Source of the DNA: Mobula hypostoma
Lineage: Eukaryota
Reading direction: 5' to 3'
Assembly: GCF_963921235.1 (NCBI RefSeq)
Contig: NC_086108.1
Span: 27,406,001-27,470,000 of the forward strand
DNA: 64,000 bases
Below the pieces are notes generated by a model. The model was not told where the DNA came from, made no database searches, and saw nothing but the letters and a program-made list of their open reading frames with translations. Of this stretch, positions 1 to 13,727 are shown piece after piece. The first letter of the stretch is position 1. Each line of letters opens with the position of its first letter. A program made the position numbers and the translations under genes.

Positions 1-57
1 GTAAAGAGTGTGAAAGGTGAAATCAAAGTAAAACTTACTGGTTTTTACATATGTACC

Positions 58-505
58 ATAAAAAGCATCCTGTCTGGATGCATTGCAGCTTGCTATTGCA
101 ACTGCTATTCCCAAGACCATAAGTGATTGCAGAGAGTTGTGAACATAGCCTTAGTATATCACACAAACCAGCCTCCCCATCACTGGCTCCATCTACACAT
201 CCTACAGCTTTGGAAAAGAAGACAACAAAACCAAGATTCCCTCCCACCCTATCAGGCACGCCCAAAAGTCTGAACACATGTACCACCAATCTCAAGGACA
301 ACTTATATCTCATTGTTATCAAACACTTGAACAGACCACTCATATGTGAAAGTTGAATTTTTCATCTCTCAATCAACCACACTGTGGCCTTGCAGTTTAT
401 TTGTTTACCTGCACTACACCTTCTCTGAGGCTGGTACATCATATTCTGCACTCTATAATCTATTTTCTTTGTTCTACCTCGATGTGTTACTGTACGGTAT
501 GATTT
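58..505 (+). mobile_element. Decayed 3' relic of Rex1/Babar-type LINE
   Basis: Begins AGCATCCTGTCTGGATGCAT (the ESIL.GCI..WYG motif region) and resembles the 3' ends of better copies at 23240-24345 and 38138-40408; no intact ORF. Confidence 0.5.
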
Positions 506-623
506 AAAATATCAGTGGAAAATTATATTGTGTAGTGGTTTCATTTCCGGAAGATGGGTTCTCATTTTAGTTCATCCGTAATGTCATAATTCCAGAATGA
601 TGCATAACAAGGGAGACTTGTTG

Positions 624-1925
624 TGTCATAAAGGGGTGCTGGGAGCAGACCCAAATGCGAGACACAGACACTGAAGTACTAGGAACAGGACTTGACTAGA
701 GAGCTGGGTTAGGGATATGACTGGATGCAGACTAGGAGCTGGGACAAGAACACAGACTTGTGCTAGGACATTTGGCTAGGCAAGCAGGACCAGGACAAGG
801 AACTGGGAGCTGGGAGCTTGGGCTTGGACTCCAAGCCGGAGACTGGACAAGGACCCAGATCCTGGATCATGGCTTGGGTTCTTCGAGGCGAGGACGTGAC
901 GAGGTTTGGGTTCTTTGAGGCGAGGACGTGACGAGGCTTGGGTTCTTCGAGGCGAGGATGTGACGAGGCTTGGATTCGGACTCCGAGCCAGAGATTGGAC
1001 AAATACCCAGAACCTGGGTCTTGACTCGGGCTTGGACTCCAGAACTAAGCGAAGTCATGACGTGGTCTTGGGAGACAGGACTAGGCGAGGCTACAGGGCA
1101 GAACAAGAGACTCCTGGGCAAGACAAGGGAACTCCAATGCAGGACGAAGAAACTCAAACACAGGATGAAGCACATGGACAGGACGAGAATACAAAGCCTT
1201 GACTTGGTACTCAATAACAGCCGAGCCTTGGACTTGGGACGACAGAAATGCAGAACGCAGAGCCTTGTTTTTGGGAAGGACAGGAACGCAGAGTCTTAGT
1301 CTAGAGCATGGGAACATAGAATCTTGGACTTGAGAGACAGGAACACAGGGACATGGAACACAGAGCCAGGACCCCTCCTTGGGAACAGGACTTGGGGCCA
1401 GGGTTCTATACAGAATGCTGAACACGACGAGACAGTTCCTAACACTAGGTAGCGGCAAACGGCCTGACCTACCTTGCAAAGGCATGGACACAGAGACAGT
1501 TCAAAACAACGATAGACAATTACTTATCTAGACGCAGCAAGGCTTCGCTCTTGCTCCAGTGGTAGAACTTGACAAGATTGCAGGCAAGGCTCTAGACACA
1601 GGTTGCAGGCAAGGCTCCAAAAGGAAGGGGAAGGGGAGGGAACAGTCCAGCCTCAGGGTAACAGCAAAGACGGCCTGGCTTACCCAATGGAGGCAAGGAC
1701 AGGAAGGGACAGATCCAACTGTAGGGTAATGGCAAAGACAGCCTGACTTACCCCACAGAGGCAAGGACAGGATACTGACAAGACAAACCAGCACCCACAC
1801 TGGAACCCAGGTCCACCTATATTCCCAGCCCCAAGACGAGCATCAGGTGCCTATGATTAAGCCGAAGTGAAGCAAGGGACAGCCGGAAGACCTGGAGTCC
1901 GGAGTCCACGGACCGGACCATGACA
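624..1925 (-). mobile_element. Solo LTR (Ty3/Gypsy-type), ~1.3 kb
   Basis: Termini TGTCAT (624) ... ATGACA (1925) form an inverted repeat; GC-richer than flanks; internal tandem repeats; minus strand ends ...CGCATTTGGGTCTGCT...ATGACA like fish Gypsy U5. Putative 5-bp TSD is decayed (TGTTG vs GGTTA). Confidence 0.65.
871..966. repeat. 32-bp tandem repeat x3 inside the solo LTR
   Basis: GGCTTGGGTTCTTCGAGGCGAGGACGTGACGA at 871, 903 and 935, with 1-2 substitutions per copy. Confidence 0.95.
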
Positions 1926-2244
1926 GGTTATGTCCAAACAATAGGCAAAAGAATGAAAACAGAAGTAAGAATGATGAAATCAGGAAAAATGAAGTCATTT
2001 TGAGGCTATTTACTCCATCAGCTGATGGTTAATGATTTTTTTTAAATGTTGATGCATTTTAATTGCCTGGCTGAAAGGAGGAGATATAAAAACAGCTTAT
2101 AATTAAATTGGGAATTTGGAAAAAACTTCATCATTCAAAGTTTGGCAGAATGTGAAATATGCACTTGTAGGGAGATGTTGAGATAAACAGTACTCAGTTT
2201 GTAGGTGGATGAGAATATGAGAGAGAACTGAAAATAAACTTATG

Positions 2245-2400
2245 CTGGAGACACAAGAGGCTGCAGATGCTGAAATTGGAAGCAATAAAAAGTTGACTAG
2301 AGGAGCTCAGTGAGTTGAACAGTATCTGTCGGGGGAAGGAATTATGAACTTTTCAGCTATGACAGCTATATCCTCTCTTCACTCTCAGTCCTGATTCAGG
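2245..2400. mobile_element. Decayed Penelope-terminus (pLTR)-derived repeat
   Basis: CTGCAGATGCTGAAA...GAGGAGCTCAG... matches the reverse complement of the terminal sequence at 29290-29345, 32384-32458 and 49890-49940. Confidence 0.45.
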
Positions 2401-3039
2401 GGACTATTCCTCTCTTTGCACACAAGTGTAAGCTGAGAGGTTTAGATAGAGTAAAGTCTGAAGATGTTGGTACAGACTGATCAACCCAGTGGCCCTTCTC
2501 TACGGTGTGCGCTCGATGCACCTCAAAATAATATTGAAGTGGTGTAAACTAAACGACAGATTCTGGAGATCCACAACTCATGTGATACCTCTACTTTGCC
2601 TGTGGCTGACTCATGCATTGATAACAGTGTGTGTGCTGCTACTTAGGATACTGTCCCAGCAAGGTTTGGGCTAATATGTTTCATCTCCAAGTTCTGTTGG
2701 CAACAGTATGACATAGTAATGAAGAGCTCTCTTTGAGTAACATTTATTGCAAGTCACAAGACAGAATGAATTACATTGCTCTCATTGTTCGCTGTGGCTT
2801 GCCATTCTACATCTGGATTAATTGTAACCCCTGCTACTGAGTTATGTTTCTGTTGATTTATTCTTTTACAGGATCTCAGTCTATGGTCTTTGCAGAGTTA
2901 GTGTTTGCTCTGCAAAACAAGAAATCCAGGGGCAGGATCAGGGTATGCAGAGAAGCACTGGAAGGATTGGAAAGAACAAAAGAGGAGGTCATAGCACAGT
3001 AACAGGGTACTCATCCCACTGACTCGCAAAGACTCTAGT

Positions 3040-3538
3040 ACATTTCTTCAGATATACTGTGGAGAGCATTCTGACAGATCCTATCAACATCTAGCATGGA
3101 GACAGCAAAGCACAAGATTGGAAAAAGCTGCAATGTGTTGTAAACTCAGTCAGCTCCAGCATAGGAACTATCCTCCCTACCACTGAGGACATCATCAAAA
3201 AGGCGAGGCCTCAAGAAGGTGGCATCATTATTATGGACCCTCACTCTCCAGGACACAACATCTTCTCATTATTCCCATCAGGGAGAAGGCACAGGAGCCT
3301 GCAGATTCACAATTAACATTTTAGGACCTGCCTCTTTCCCGACGCCATCAAATTTATGAATGACACCTAAATCCATGAACACCACCATGATATTTTGATC
3401 TCATTTTACGCTATTTACTTATTTTTTATATTTCATATTTTATCATCTTTTTACATATTGTACTGCACTGCTGCTGCAAAACAACAAATTTCATGATCTG
3501 TGTTAGTGATAATGAGCGTGATTCTGATTATGATTCTG
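3040..3538 (+). mobile_element. Rex1/Babar LINE 3' fragment
   Basis: TACTGTGGAGAGCATTCTGAC (YTVESILT motif) followed by the family 3' UTR and a GATTCTGA tail. Confidence 0.7.
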
Positions 3539-4716
3539 AAGCCATACCAGCATCAAGCACCCACCTTGATGAGAATTCTGTGAATGCAGCTAACTGGTGG
3601 CACAGTATTTACGGAGAATATAGAACATAGAGCAACACAGCACAGAACAAGCCCTTTGGTCCATGATGTTGTGCCGAAGCTGCTAAAAAGTAAATTAAAA
3701 AAAACCCAAAATTAATCCCTCCTACTTTCACAATGTTGATCTTCTTCACATTCATGGGGGGTGGGGGGAATAATGATAGAAGTTGGGAAGGATACAAAGC
3801 GGCAATGATTGAAGGAGATGACACATTCAATAGCTTCCAGTCCAGTGAAAAGAATCAGAAATGGGGTAAAGATGGGAGTGATGACTTTGACAGAATGAAG
3901 GTGCAGGAAAAAGAGCGGGCATTCCCAGTTCAGAAAGCATTTGAGAGCAGCATTGATCATATAGGGTAGGGTTACAGTTTTGATCATAGTGTTTTTGTGT
4001 GTGTGTGAGAGAGGGAGAGCGAGAGAGAGAATGATGCACAGTTGCATTTGTACAGAGTGTGAATGTATCTCCTCCAGATATAATATGACAATAACATCAG
4101 AAGTAGGTATTTACGTTTTGAATTTTGTAAGAAGGTTAAGATAAATTGACAAATAAATTCAAGGCTTCTTACCAAAAATCTGCAGAAGGCTTAGGCTCAA
4201 AACCTAAAGAAGGGGATTTGGTAAAGAACTGAGTGTATAGCAGACTGAGAAGATTCCCCCAAATTTCACAAGCTCCTATCAACTGATGCTGTAATTTTTG
4301 TCCCAATGGAGTTTCTTCCCTCTTTGCCCTTTTCTCTCACCCATCCACAAAATGTCTCCCTCTTCTCTCCTAACTTCCCCTCTCCTTTCTCCCTCAGCTC
4401 TCCACTATTTCCATCTTCTCCTCCATCAATAGTTACCGCACTCGTTAACTCCGGGCTTGAATTGATGACCTAGAGAGAGCTGCTCTAATCTCACTTAGCA
4501 GCTGCTGCATTTTATATGTAATTGTTTGAAAATAGTGGTTGGTTCAATAATGTTCTTTGGGAAAGAATTAGACTTTCTTTGTTTGGTCAAGCCTATGCAT
4601 GACTCCGTGATGGTATTGTGCTTGCCGACCGAAGTTTCTAAACTCAAGCAAAGATCTTAATCCTTACCAGATATAAATAGCCTTAAATACGCTCACTAAT
4701 GAGAGATAATTAATAC

Positions 4717-5790
4717 TGTAACTACCCAATCTTCAAAGACTAGTTTACTTCCCTGTTTAATCTCCATGGAGCGTTTTAGCAGCTAATGCCCATTATTTGA
4801 GTGGTCAGTCCCCTCTCCCTACTAAGGAGAAGATACTTCCAGCTAACAAAGTAGTTAAAACACAATTCATTTATTTATAGTAATACACATTCAAATCCAA
4901 ACAAGACTCTTAAAACACATTTAAAACACAGAGGATTTTGATCTTAAACATTTATTTCCAAATTATAAACTGTTTCTAAAGCACAAACATTTATTAAACT
5001 CAAAGGACTTCTGAAACATAGGTACTATAAACTAAAAAGACATAGGATGAAGGAGACGAGCAAGTCATTCATTGCAGAAACTGGTTCGAGGAATGGATTC
5101 TATTCATTCGTTGTTCCTGTCATTCTTCTTTATGTTCTTCAAACATTCCTAAGAAGGCTGAACTGCTCTCTACCACTTGGGTGACTTCACACACACACAC
5201 ACATGATATTTCCTCAGATATCCTTTCAACAAAGTTTAAAAGCATTTTGGAGACATAGACTTTCAGCTGCCTACCATTGATGCTGTGAAGCTGTGAAGTT
5301 AACTTCCTTGAGCACAAGAAACCTTTCAACTGTAAATACATAGTAATGATATGTTAAATAATATTATCCATCTGTTCTACAAGCTTCCTTGAACCAAGCA
5401 ACTTAAGAGTCAGCTTGTCTGCTTGAAACAACTTGAATTAAATAACCCATTGTCTTATACTGCATCCTGAGCAGTAATAAAGCAGGTGTAGTGAGCTAAA
5501 CCTTATTTCACCCAGCCAGCACTCCTACTATCTACAAAACTTGTTTGCAAAGCTGGTCTTTAGATGATACTTGTTTTAACCTCGAGGTAATTTGTGCTGG
5601 TCATTTACATTTCATAACTGAAGACTAACTTCCCTTCACAATTGGAGGTCAAACAACTGTTAGTTGAAAGGTTGTTTAAATCTGTTTGTGACCTAACAGG
5701 TGGCAGATGCTGTGTTGAGAAAGCAAGATTAGCAACAACCAAGAAAGAGAAAGAGGCCCAACTGGCCAAGAAGTGAGCAACCGTCACATC
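4717..5790 (-). mobile_element. Possible old solo LTR
   Basis: Starts TGTAAC; TTTATT (minus-strand polyA signal) near 4870; overall layout like 58612-59846. Right end uncertain and no TSD found. Confidence 0.3.
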
Positions 5791-6399
5791 TTCAAACCCA
5801 TTACTCTTTTGCATAGTTAAAGCTCAACTCCCTACTGAAAAGAAAGTCACTCAGTCTTTAGAAGTAGACATTAAATCCTGGTCTTGCCTGCAATAGGCAT
5901 ATTCTGTGAGTTACTAAATATAATTTCCCTCCTACCCTTTTGCCTGCATCTCAACACTGCATTCCTGTGCAGGTCACTTCACCATCTCCCTTCTATTGAA
6001 CACCTTGTCCCTTTACAAATCAATTTGTGCTTGTTGATTCTGAGTTCTGTTTGCTATTTCTCATCCTGGGTTTCCAATCTGCCTTATTTTCCTTGCAGGA
6101 TTGGTGTTGTATTGGTTTTAAAATCTTTAGTTCCAACTTCATTTCCAGTTGCTTGAAGCACAACAGTAGCAGTGTTCATCCCAGCACTCACTAGGCTGTC
6201 CTCCTCATCTCTCTCATCATCAGATGACACCTATGTGCACCTGTCCTTTCCCTTTGATGCAATCAGTTGGTGGCCATCAATGAAAACCTCCTTCAACTAA
6301 CTTCAGCTGAAGGCTCTTGCTGGTGCTTGGATAAATAATCTGAAGGAAGTTCCTCCCCTGAGCATATAACTCCGATTATAGATCAGGTTTCTCGAGCAT

Positions 6400-6652
6400 G
6401 ATATCCCATCACCCTCCATTGAATGGAACCTGTAGTCCTACACTCAATGATTCAGAAACAGCTTATTCCCCTTGCTATCAGATTTATGAATGGCCCGTGA
6501 ACCCGTGAACACTGTCCTGCTATTCCTTTATTTATACTGCTGATTTATCTTTGTAACTTATAATAATTTTATATCTTTACACTGCACCACTGTCACAAAA
6601 CAATGAGTTACATGTCAAAAGTCAGTGAAGATAAATTTGATTCAGATTCTGA
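6400..6652 (+). mobile_element. Rex1/Babar LINE 3' end
   Basis: CACTCAATGATTCAGAAACAGC... 3' UTR and GATTCAGATTCTGA tail, as in 38138-40408. Confidence 0.6.
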
Positions 6653-7264
6653 TAAAGCTGGTCTGACTTTATTGTAAGGATTGATACGAGGCATCCTCCT
6701 CCCCTGGAACTACTCCAACACAAGCAGTGTCATTGTACTCCGTCATTATAGTCCCATTCTGTGGAAATAGTTGACAAGGGGGCCCTGTAACCAACAGAAG
6801 AGAGAGACATCTTCATCTTCCAGGAAACGGCACCTTCCTCTCTTTAAGTGTAGCCGCATCATCTCAGGCCTGTCAATGACAGCTCATCTATGACAATATG
6901 GTGCTTTAGTCTGAATCCTCACTATGACCTTAACTTCGATATTTTTCTGAAAATAATTTCTGACATCTGCTGTTCTAACGATGGCAGATCTTTTATGGAG
7001 GGGAGTAATTAATGACAAAAGCACTGATATACAAAATTATTTATAAAATATGCAGATGTCTAATAGCCTTATGCCTGTGCTTTGTAATTAATGAAACAAT
7101 TCTTTATTGAAGCTTGCATTCCAATTATATGAAAGAGTTTAGCTAAAGTGATGGTATAAATCATAGGTCTTAAATCATAGTCATTTTAATTGCACTCACA
7201 AAGTCTCAGCCATGTTCTTTGCACTTTATGACCACTCCTGAGTCTTGTTGAGTACTCATGAGGC

Positions 7265-7850
7265 CCTCCATTGGTAGGGGACAACCACGGATATTGTGTC
7301 CTAGCTGTCTACACGATACGTGAGCCAGTACACAAGCCCAAACAGTGTGATATGGAAAGCAAGCTGTTGTCCATGCAGCAGGCACTCTCTTTACATGCAG
7401 TGGATGAATCCAAAGGAATGGCAGAGCTGAGCCAGTTTGGTACCAGCAGCCTTGCAGGAATTGCCAGTCAGCATTGAACTCAACATAGGATTGCCTTAGG
7501 GACTCCAGCTTAGGTCTTTTCCTTGAGGTTTACTCCCAAAGCCTTCCCAATGAGTGAGTGTAGCCACAAATCAGTGGCGGTTTGAGATCGGAGTTTTTCT
7601 TCTCCTAGATGAGCTTCCAACCATGGCTGATTAACCTCATCTGCCCAAAGTGGTTGGTTTTAAGGCCCCAGTAACCCACCATTGCTCCTTCTTTTATCAG
7701 TAGGAATGGTTTCACTGGGATTAGTAGCTAAGCTACATGTGAAGGCCAGAAGCTGGACGGTTGTCAGAGGCTATTTGAGATGCATGCCATGGGATCATTT
7801 AACAAGTAATGGGAGCTTGTCTCCACTATTTCACATAACAACCTTAAAGA
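7265..7850 (-). mobile_element. RTE-related non-autonomous element
   Basis: Contains TTCTCCTAGATGAGCTTCCAACCATGGCTG...ATCTGCCC, resembling an RTE 5' region in antisense; left part resembles the 3' tail of the SINE at 57662-57968. Confidence 0.45.
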
Positions 7851-9881
7851 ACCTGAATAGCCAAGTGCTAATTATTTTCACAAAAAAAATCATTTCCTGA
7901 GAGTTTACTGTTGTAGGCATTCCTTGTGTGAGACAATCCATAATTTATTTCTGCAGCACAGGCAAAATCTGATTATTCTACTCATATTTAATAGGGTTGA
8001 CACACCTGCAGAATTATTCACAAATCTCCCAGATAAATCATCTGTCTTCTGCAGAGAAACAATAATCATGGAGCAAGACGCAAGCATTTCATTCACCTCC
8101 TTTGATGACCTTCATCAATTAATTGATACAACTTTGGGGATGTCAGCTGTGTATTTGGTGTTAATATTTCATGGTAACCCTATGGAAATCATTCCATCAA
8201 AAGTGCTCCAGGGGCAGGTAACCACAAGGATGAACAGATATTAGTTGGAGAGTGTAATATTGATAAATATATCCTAATACATGGTCCTGACCTGAAATGT
8301 CTCTTTGCATTCATAGATTCTGCTTTGCCTGCTCAGTTCTTTCAGTACATTATTGACTTCTTACTTATAATTTCAACATCTGCAGTCTTTTATGTCTCCA
8401 AGTGGATTTAAAGAACAAATCAGCAATGGTCTGTTGAATTGTGGTACAGTCTCCATGGTTGCTTTTGTTGCTATGGTGCAATGCCTTAAATCCATGTCAC
8501 TGCCAATTCCTCCATTACTCAGATACACTGCCTGCACTGCACATTCTCTGTAACAGCACATTTCTTTTTTGCTCTTCCCTTGCACTACCTCGATATACCG
8601 ATGTTGTGAAATGATCTGTATGGATGGTCTGCAAATGAAAATCTTTCACTGTACCTCAGTACATGACAATAATAAACTAATTATCCATTACCTTTGCCAT
8701 TTCTTTCATTGTCTCCAATATCTTTTACAACTAATAAGCCAAAGTGTTGAAGTAAAATGAAGTAGGAATATGTTATAATACTCCTACAATGTTTGTCCTT
8801 GGTTTCCCATATTACTATAGAAAGTGATAAGCTTTTACTCAATAATTTCTGAGGTCGTTAAGGCTATCATGAAAGGTTAACTGCCCTGTGTAGTTATCTA
8901 TCTAAAGCCATTTCCTCCAAAGACTATAACTCTCTAAGATCCTCTCCTTAAAGCAGCTAGCTGTCAAATATATATCTCCAAATCATTACAACTTGCTTTA
9001 CTTCTAAAGACTTTAAAAAATGCATAAATAAAGACACATATAATGCATTTAAAATCAGGCTCCCAAATTATTAGCTTCCATAGAATGACAAAAGTAACGT
9101 CTTAGTTCCCAAAAAAATTTGGTGAAAATCTCCTATTGCCTTCTGCTAAAATCACAACTGGGTATATTCAGTGTTATTATGAAGATTACCAAGCCTCTGA
9201 CTCACTGTGAGTAGAGAGTTATTTGCTGGTAATTTAACAATGGTCTGTCAAGCCTATTTATTCCTTTGTGTCACACTGGAAAGTCTAAGACACACAAAAT
9301 GCAAGAAAATGAAGGCAGCCACTTAGAAGGTACAAAGAGTCTCAACTGTTGAAAGCAGCTTAATTGACCCAGGGTCTGTTAGCTCTGAGTGGCCTTTCTA
9401 ATCATGATTAAAGCAAGCAAATGCAGGCATAATTTGGACCGGCAACCTGAAGGACAGTTACTTTCTCCTGTCTGTGTTGATTTTATAGCAAATAAACTTT
9501 GCAGCCTAAAGTGGAACATAGCATTGCCATAAAACACTGTTATCTAGAAAATGGACCACTCATTTCTGGTATGCTAAATGATAGACCAAACACTTAACAA
9601 TTTTCCCCATGATAAGTTTGTGCAATCAACCAAAAACCCCTTTAAGGAAAATTGCTACTTTGTTTTGCACCTGACATCATGGTTAAACCATGTGGTTCCT
9701 GAATATATGTTTAAAAACCTTCACACACTATGGGATACCACAAGGGACACAGTTCTGAAAATCATATTCCCCCAACACACACAGTCCCCGTCAACACAAC
9801 ATGTTGGACAGGGAGTTGACAGAAGATTCAGAGCAGAAGAAGGGAATACTTACATACTGAGCTTCTCATGTCACAGAAGTT

Positions 9882-10265
9882 CCAAGTTCAAAGTAAACTT
9901 GTTATCAAAGTACATCTATATCACCATAAACAACCCTGAGATTAATCTTCTCAATAAATCCAATAACTAAAATAGAATTGATGAAAGCCCGCACCAAAAG
10001 AATTGACAGTCAGTATGCTAACATAAAAGGAATGAAAAAATAAATCATAATAATAATAGTAAGAATAATAATAAATAAGCAATAAATATCAAGAAGATGA
10101 GATGAAGAATCCTTGAAAGTGAGTCCATTGGTTGTGGGATCAGTTCAGCGACAAGGCAAATGAAGATCAGTGAAATTATCTCCTCTGGTTCAAGAGCCTG
10201 AAGGTTGAGAGGTTATAACTGTTCCTAAACTTGGTAGTGTGAGTCCTGAGTCTTCTGTACCTTCT
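9882..10265 (-). mobile_element. Rex1/Babar LINE 3' end (antisense)
   Basis: ORF 10176-10472(-) contains RRYRRLRTHTTKFRNSY, the Rex1 C-terminal motif; tail (AAGTTC)n. Confidence 0.65.
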
Positions 10266-10759
10266 GTGATGTGTTGTGTTTTTGGACGGGTGGGGGAGAG
10301 AGAGAGATTCAACAGAACGGACATGTGGAATTTGGTGGGGAGTGGAAGTAGTGCTATTGGGCAAGAGAAACATTGCAATGCAGCAATTTCGAACAGAAAT
10401 GTCATGATTTGATAATGTGCCACATTCAGCTATGTAACAACATAAATAATATCCTTTCATATTCATGCACATTAGATGCCACTTACATTCTCAGGCATAT
10501 GCACATACACGGCCACACTCACACACATGCACGTATGCACGCACACATACGTGCAACTACAAAAAAAGGAGCTAATACGAGTAAAAAAAAAGAAATAAAT
10601 ATTAAGAGCATCAGATGAAGCGTCCTTGAAAGTGAGTCTATGGATTGTGGGAAAATTTCAGTGATGGCACCACGAAAGTTGGAAATGTTTTTCAGAGATC
10701 TGTCAGTCCCTCAGTTCCAACTCTGAAGGTTGATGCAATGGCATAGCATTGTGGTGGAG

Positions 10760-11235
10760 CATTTGCTGTGAGCCCAGTATTTACCAGAACACCCCCACCA
10801 CCTCCATGCAGTAGACTCAGTAGGGATCCCTACCACCTAGAATATGCTCTCTGCTGCCATCAGGAACAAGTTAAATGAGCCTCAGGATTCACACTATCAG
10901 GTTCTGGGACATTTATTATCCCTCAACTATCAGGCTGTTGAACTCAATAACTCAAGCAACTTTACTTGCCCCATCACTAAAATTTTCCCACAATCCATAG
11001 ACTCACTTTCAAGGACTCTTCATCTCATGCTCTTAATATTTATTTCTTTTTTTTTTACTCGTATTATCTCTTTTTTTTTGTAGTTGCACAGTGTGTTGCC
11101 TTTTGCACACTGGTTTAACACCCAAGTTGATGCTGTCTTTCATTGACTCTGTTCTGGTTATTGGATTTATTGAGTATACCCACAATAAAATGAATCTCAG
11201 GGTTGTATACAGTGAGACATACTATGTACTTTGAT
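10760..11235 (+). mobile_element. Rex1/Babar LINE 3' end
   Basis: Same 3' UTR as 57360-58055 (AATAAAATGAATCTCAGGGTTGTAT...CTTGAACTT tail). Confidence 0.6.
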
Positions 11236-13727
11236 AATAAATGTACCTTGAACTTTATAAGTCAGGACGTGCCCTGACACCATAGACTCTCAGACAGCAG
11301 ATCACCCAATGCTCTACAGCCTACCTCCTCAGACTTTTCCTTCACTTAGTCCATGGTACTAAGTTTAAAGACAACATTTTATTTATATCATTATTGTTAT
11401 AAAGCCCTGTAATTATCTCAGCTCTGTTCATATCTCTTTCAGAATCTTCCAACTACACCCAAAATATGTGTGGGGATAACTGTAAGCCTCTATTGCCATT
11501 ACCTATGGCTATTGTCGACATCCAGTAGGATTGATATGGTAACCCATAGCAAGTGAATGTGCTCCAGGCTTCTTTAGGTCTGAATTATGCCTTCATCCTA
11601 AAGCTTGCTGTCATTTGATCACAGTTTCTTTCACTGTTCTGTATCTTGAAACCAAGTTTTGTGGGCTATGTTGTTCTGACAATGTTGCAGATAAGTTCCC
11701 TTCATCACAGAATTTCCCATGCTGTTCTGTACTCATTCCAGCTATCAGCATACATACTAGTTTCTCCAGCATTTTCTCTTCATGGAAAATTCACTTTTAT
11801 GTCTGATTCACAAGGGAAAAAAATGTAGATAATGAAAGCATTTTCCAAAGTAATTTGCCTCATAAAACACCTGTATTAAAGACATTTTGCTCACGTTGCA
11901 AATGAAGCGTACAATCTTTAAATGTTATGAAGTACACTGAATACTATAGGATTTGTCTTTCTTTGAGTGTTTATGTGTTAAGAACATAATCACAAATAAG
12001 GACAAATTCTGCAAGAACCCCCTATCATTATTCCGAAACAGTGCCAAATTCTGAACAAAATTCTGAATGTGAAATGTTTTGCTAAATGGTTCTGCTTCAA
12101 GGCTCTGATACTCAGAAATGAGAGATGCAAATGAAGGAACAAAGCAAAGCTTCATGTGTCGACATTTCTTGACCTATTTTACAACAATCCACTTTCTCAC
12201 CATGTGTTCTCCTTAAGAGTACTTAAGTATGGAGTACAAAAATTGATTTTTATTTCTTTACAGAATACACAAAAACTAAGTATTTTCCCAGTAACCAGTC
12301 AAAAGCACAAATAGAAAATGTTGATCCTTGGGAGAACTCTTGAAACCTACTTCTATTTTATGCTTTCTGATGTTGACAAACCCCTTCCAATAAAAAATGC
12401 AAACAAAAGGCAGGGTGGAGCGTATCATGAGTGAATATGAAACGTTCTGAAATAAACCAATGTCCACAGCTATAGAAATTAAATGGGGAAATGAACAGCC
12501 TGTCATTCGAGCCTCGTCCATCCGCTTATGATAGAACTTAAATATCTTGCAAAAGTACTGTACCTTAATAGAATGAATTAGTTTCTCCATTATTTCTTTA
12601 CAGCTGGGTCATTCTCAATCTTCCCCATCTCCTGCTTGCAACACGTTAATGCCAGAAGTACTTTGAGTCATACCACAAAGACACTAATGCTAAACATTAT
12701 GCATTTCATTGCTTTCAATGTGCCTTATGCACATTCAACTACTATGGCTCATCAAGTGCAGCAAAGAAAATTAGCCAATTATTCACACAGAGCACCAAAT
12801 TTATTGACATTTCCTCCACAAGTTTTAAATTCGTACATTTATCATAACTTACGTTGAGTGCAGAATCACTAAGAACAGATTGTGTTGTTGCTCAGTTGCT
12901 GTAATGTTATTGATAGCGAAGTTATCTTGAGACAATTTTCATTGAAATGAATGGTGGTAGTGTGGGGTTTGAGCAAGGGAGTTGGAGAACCAGGCTGAAC
13001 CAGGCGCAAAGGCTGGGCAGGGTGAAGAGAAAACGAACCAAGGAATGTACAGCAATAATTGACTGAAGGGTGACTGGAGATGGGAAGAGATACAGCATGA
13101 TGAGCCAGTGCAGTGATTTGATTTGAAGCAGGCACAGGCTAAGAAGGCGGGGTGAACTGGACAGGGTAAGGTGTCGTTCAGACAGGAAGAAGTGAGGAGG
13201 CAGCAGAATGATCCAGAATGAATTTTGTACATAAAGTGTGCATGGATGCCAAGGGACCAGAAAGTGATACAGCAAGGTAGAGCATGAGGGAACCTAAAAG
13301 GGTGATGGCCCAGCAGGATATGTAAGGTGAACCAGGCAGAAGGATGGACAGAATGAAAGGGAACTTCACTTAAGAATGGCAACAGAAAACGGTCATTGAG
13401 ATAAGCCTGATGTTTGGAAGTGGACCAGGAAATGCAAAGGCAATAGAACTAAGATAAGGGGAAGCTGAGATAATGCAGTTACAAAGAGAGCATTGATATA
13501 GTGGGCCAAAGATTCTGTCCCTGTCCTGTATAATGCTAGAACTCACTCCGAGTCAACTGCAATCTGCAAATAAATTCCAAATTTCCACCACCTTTAGTAT
13601 TATTTTCTAACTTTTCTCTTGAAATAGAAGTGGAGAATTCTGAATATTCTCAGCAAGACAGGCAGCATATGCACTAAGGTAAATCAGCACTGGTGTTTCA
13701 GGAAATTCCTTCATCAGTTTGTTTGGG

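Noticed and set aside
871..966. 32-bp direct repeats resembling a CRISPR array
   Set aside because: Repeats are head-to-tail with no spacers, lie inside a eukaryotic LTR, and there are no cas genes.
2872..2942. Exon candidate containing a 9-bp hairpin (TTTGCAGAG/CTCTGCAAA) resembling an iron-responsive element
   Set aside because: The loop is not CAGUGH, there is no C-bulge geometry, and the peptide is unrecognisable.
12869..13382. Overlapping 88-147 aa minus-strand ORFs
   Set aside because: Purine/pyrimidine strand bias suppresses stops; compositionally biased peptides with no motifs.
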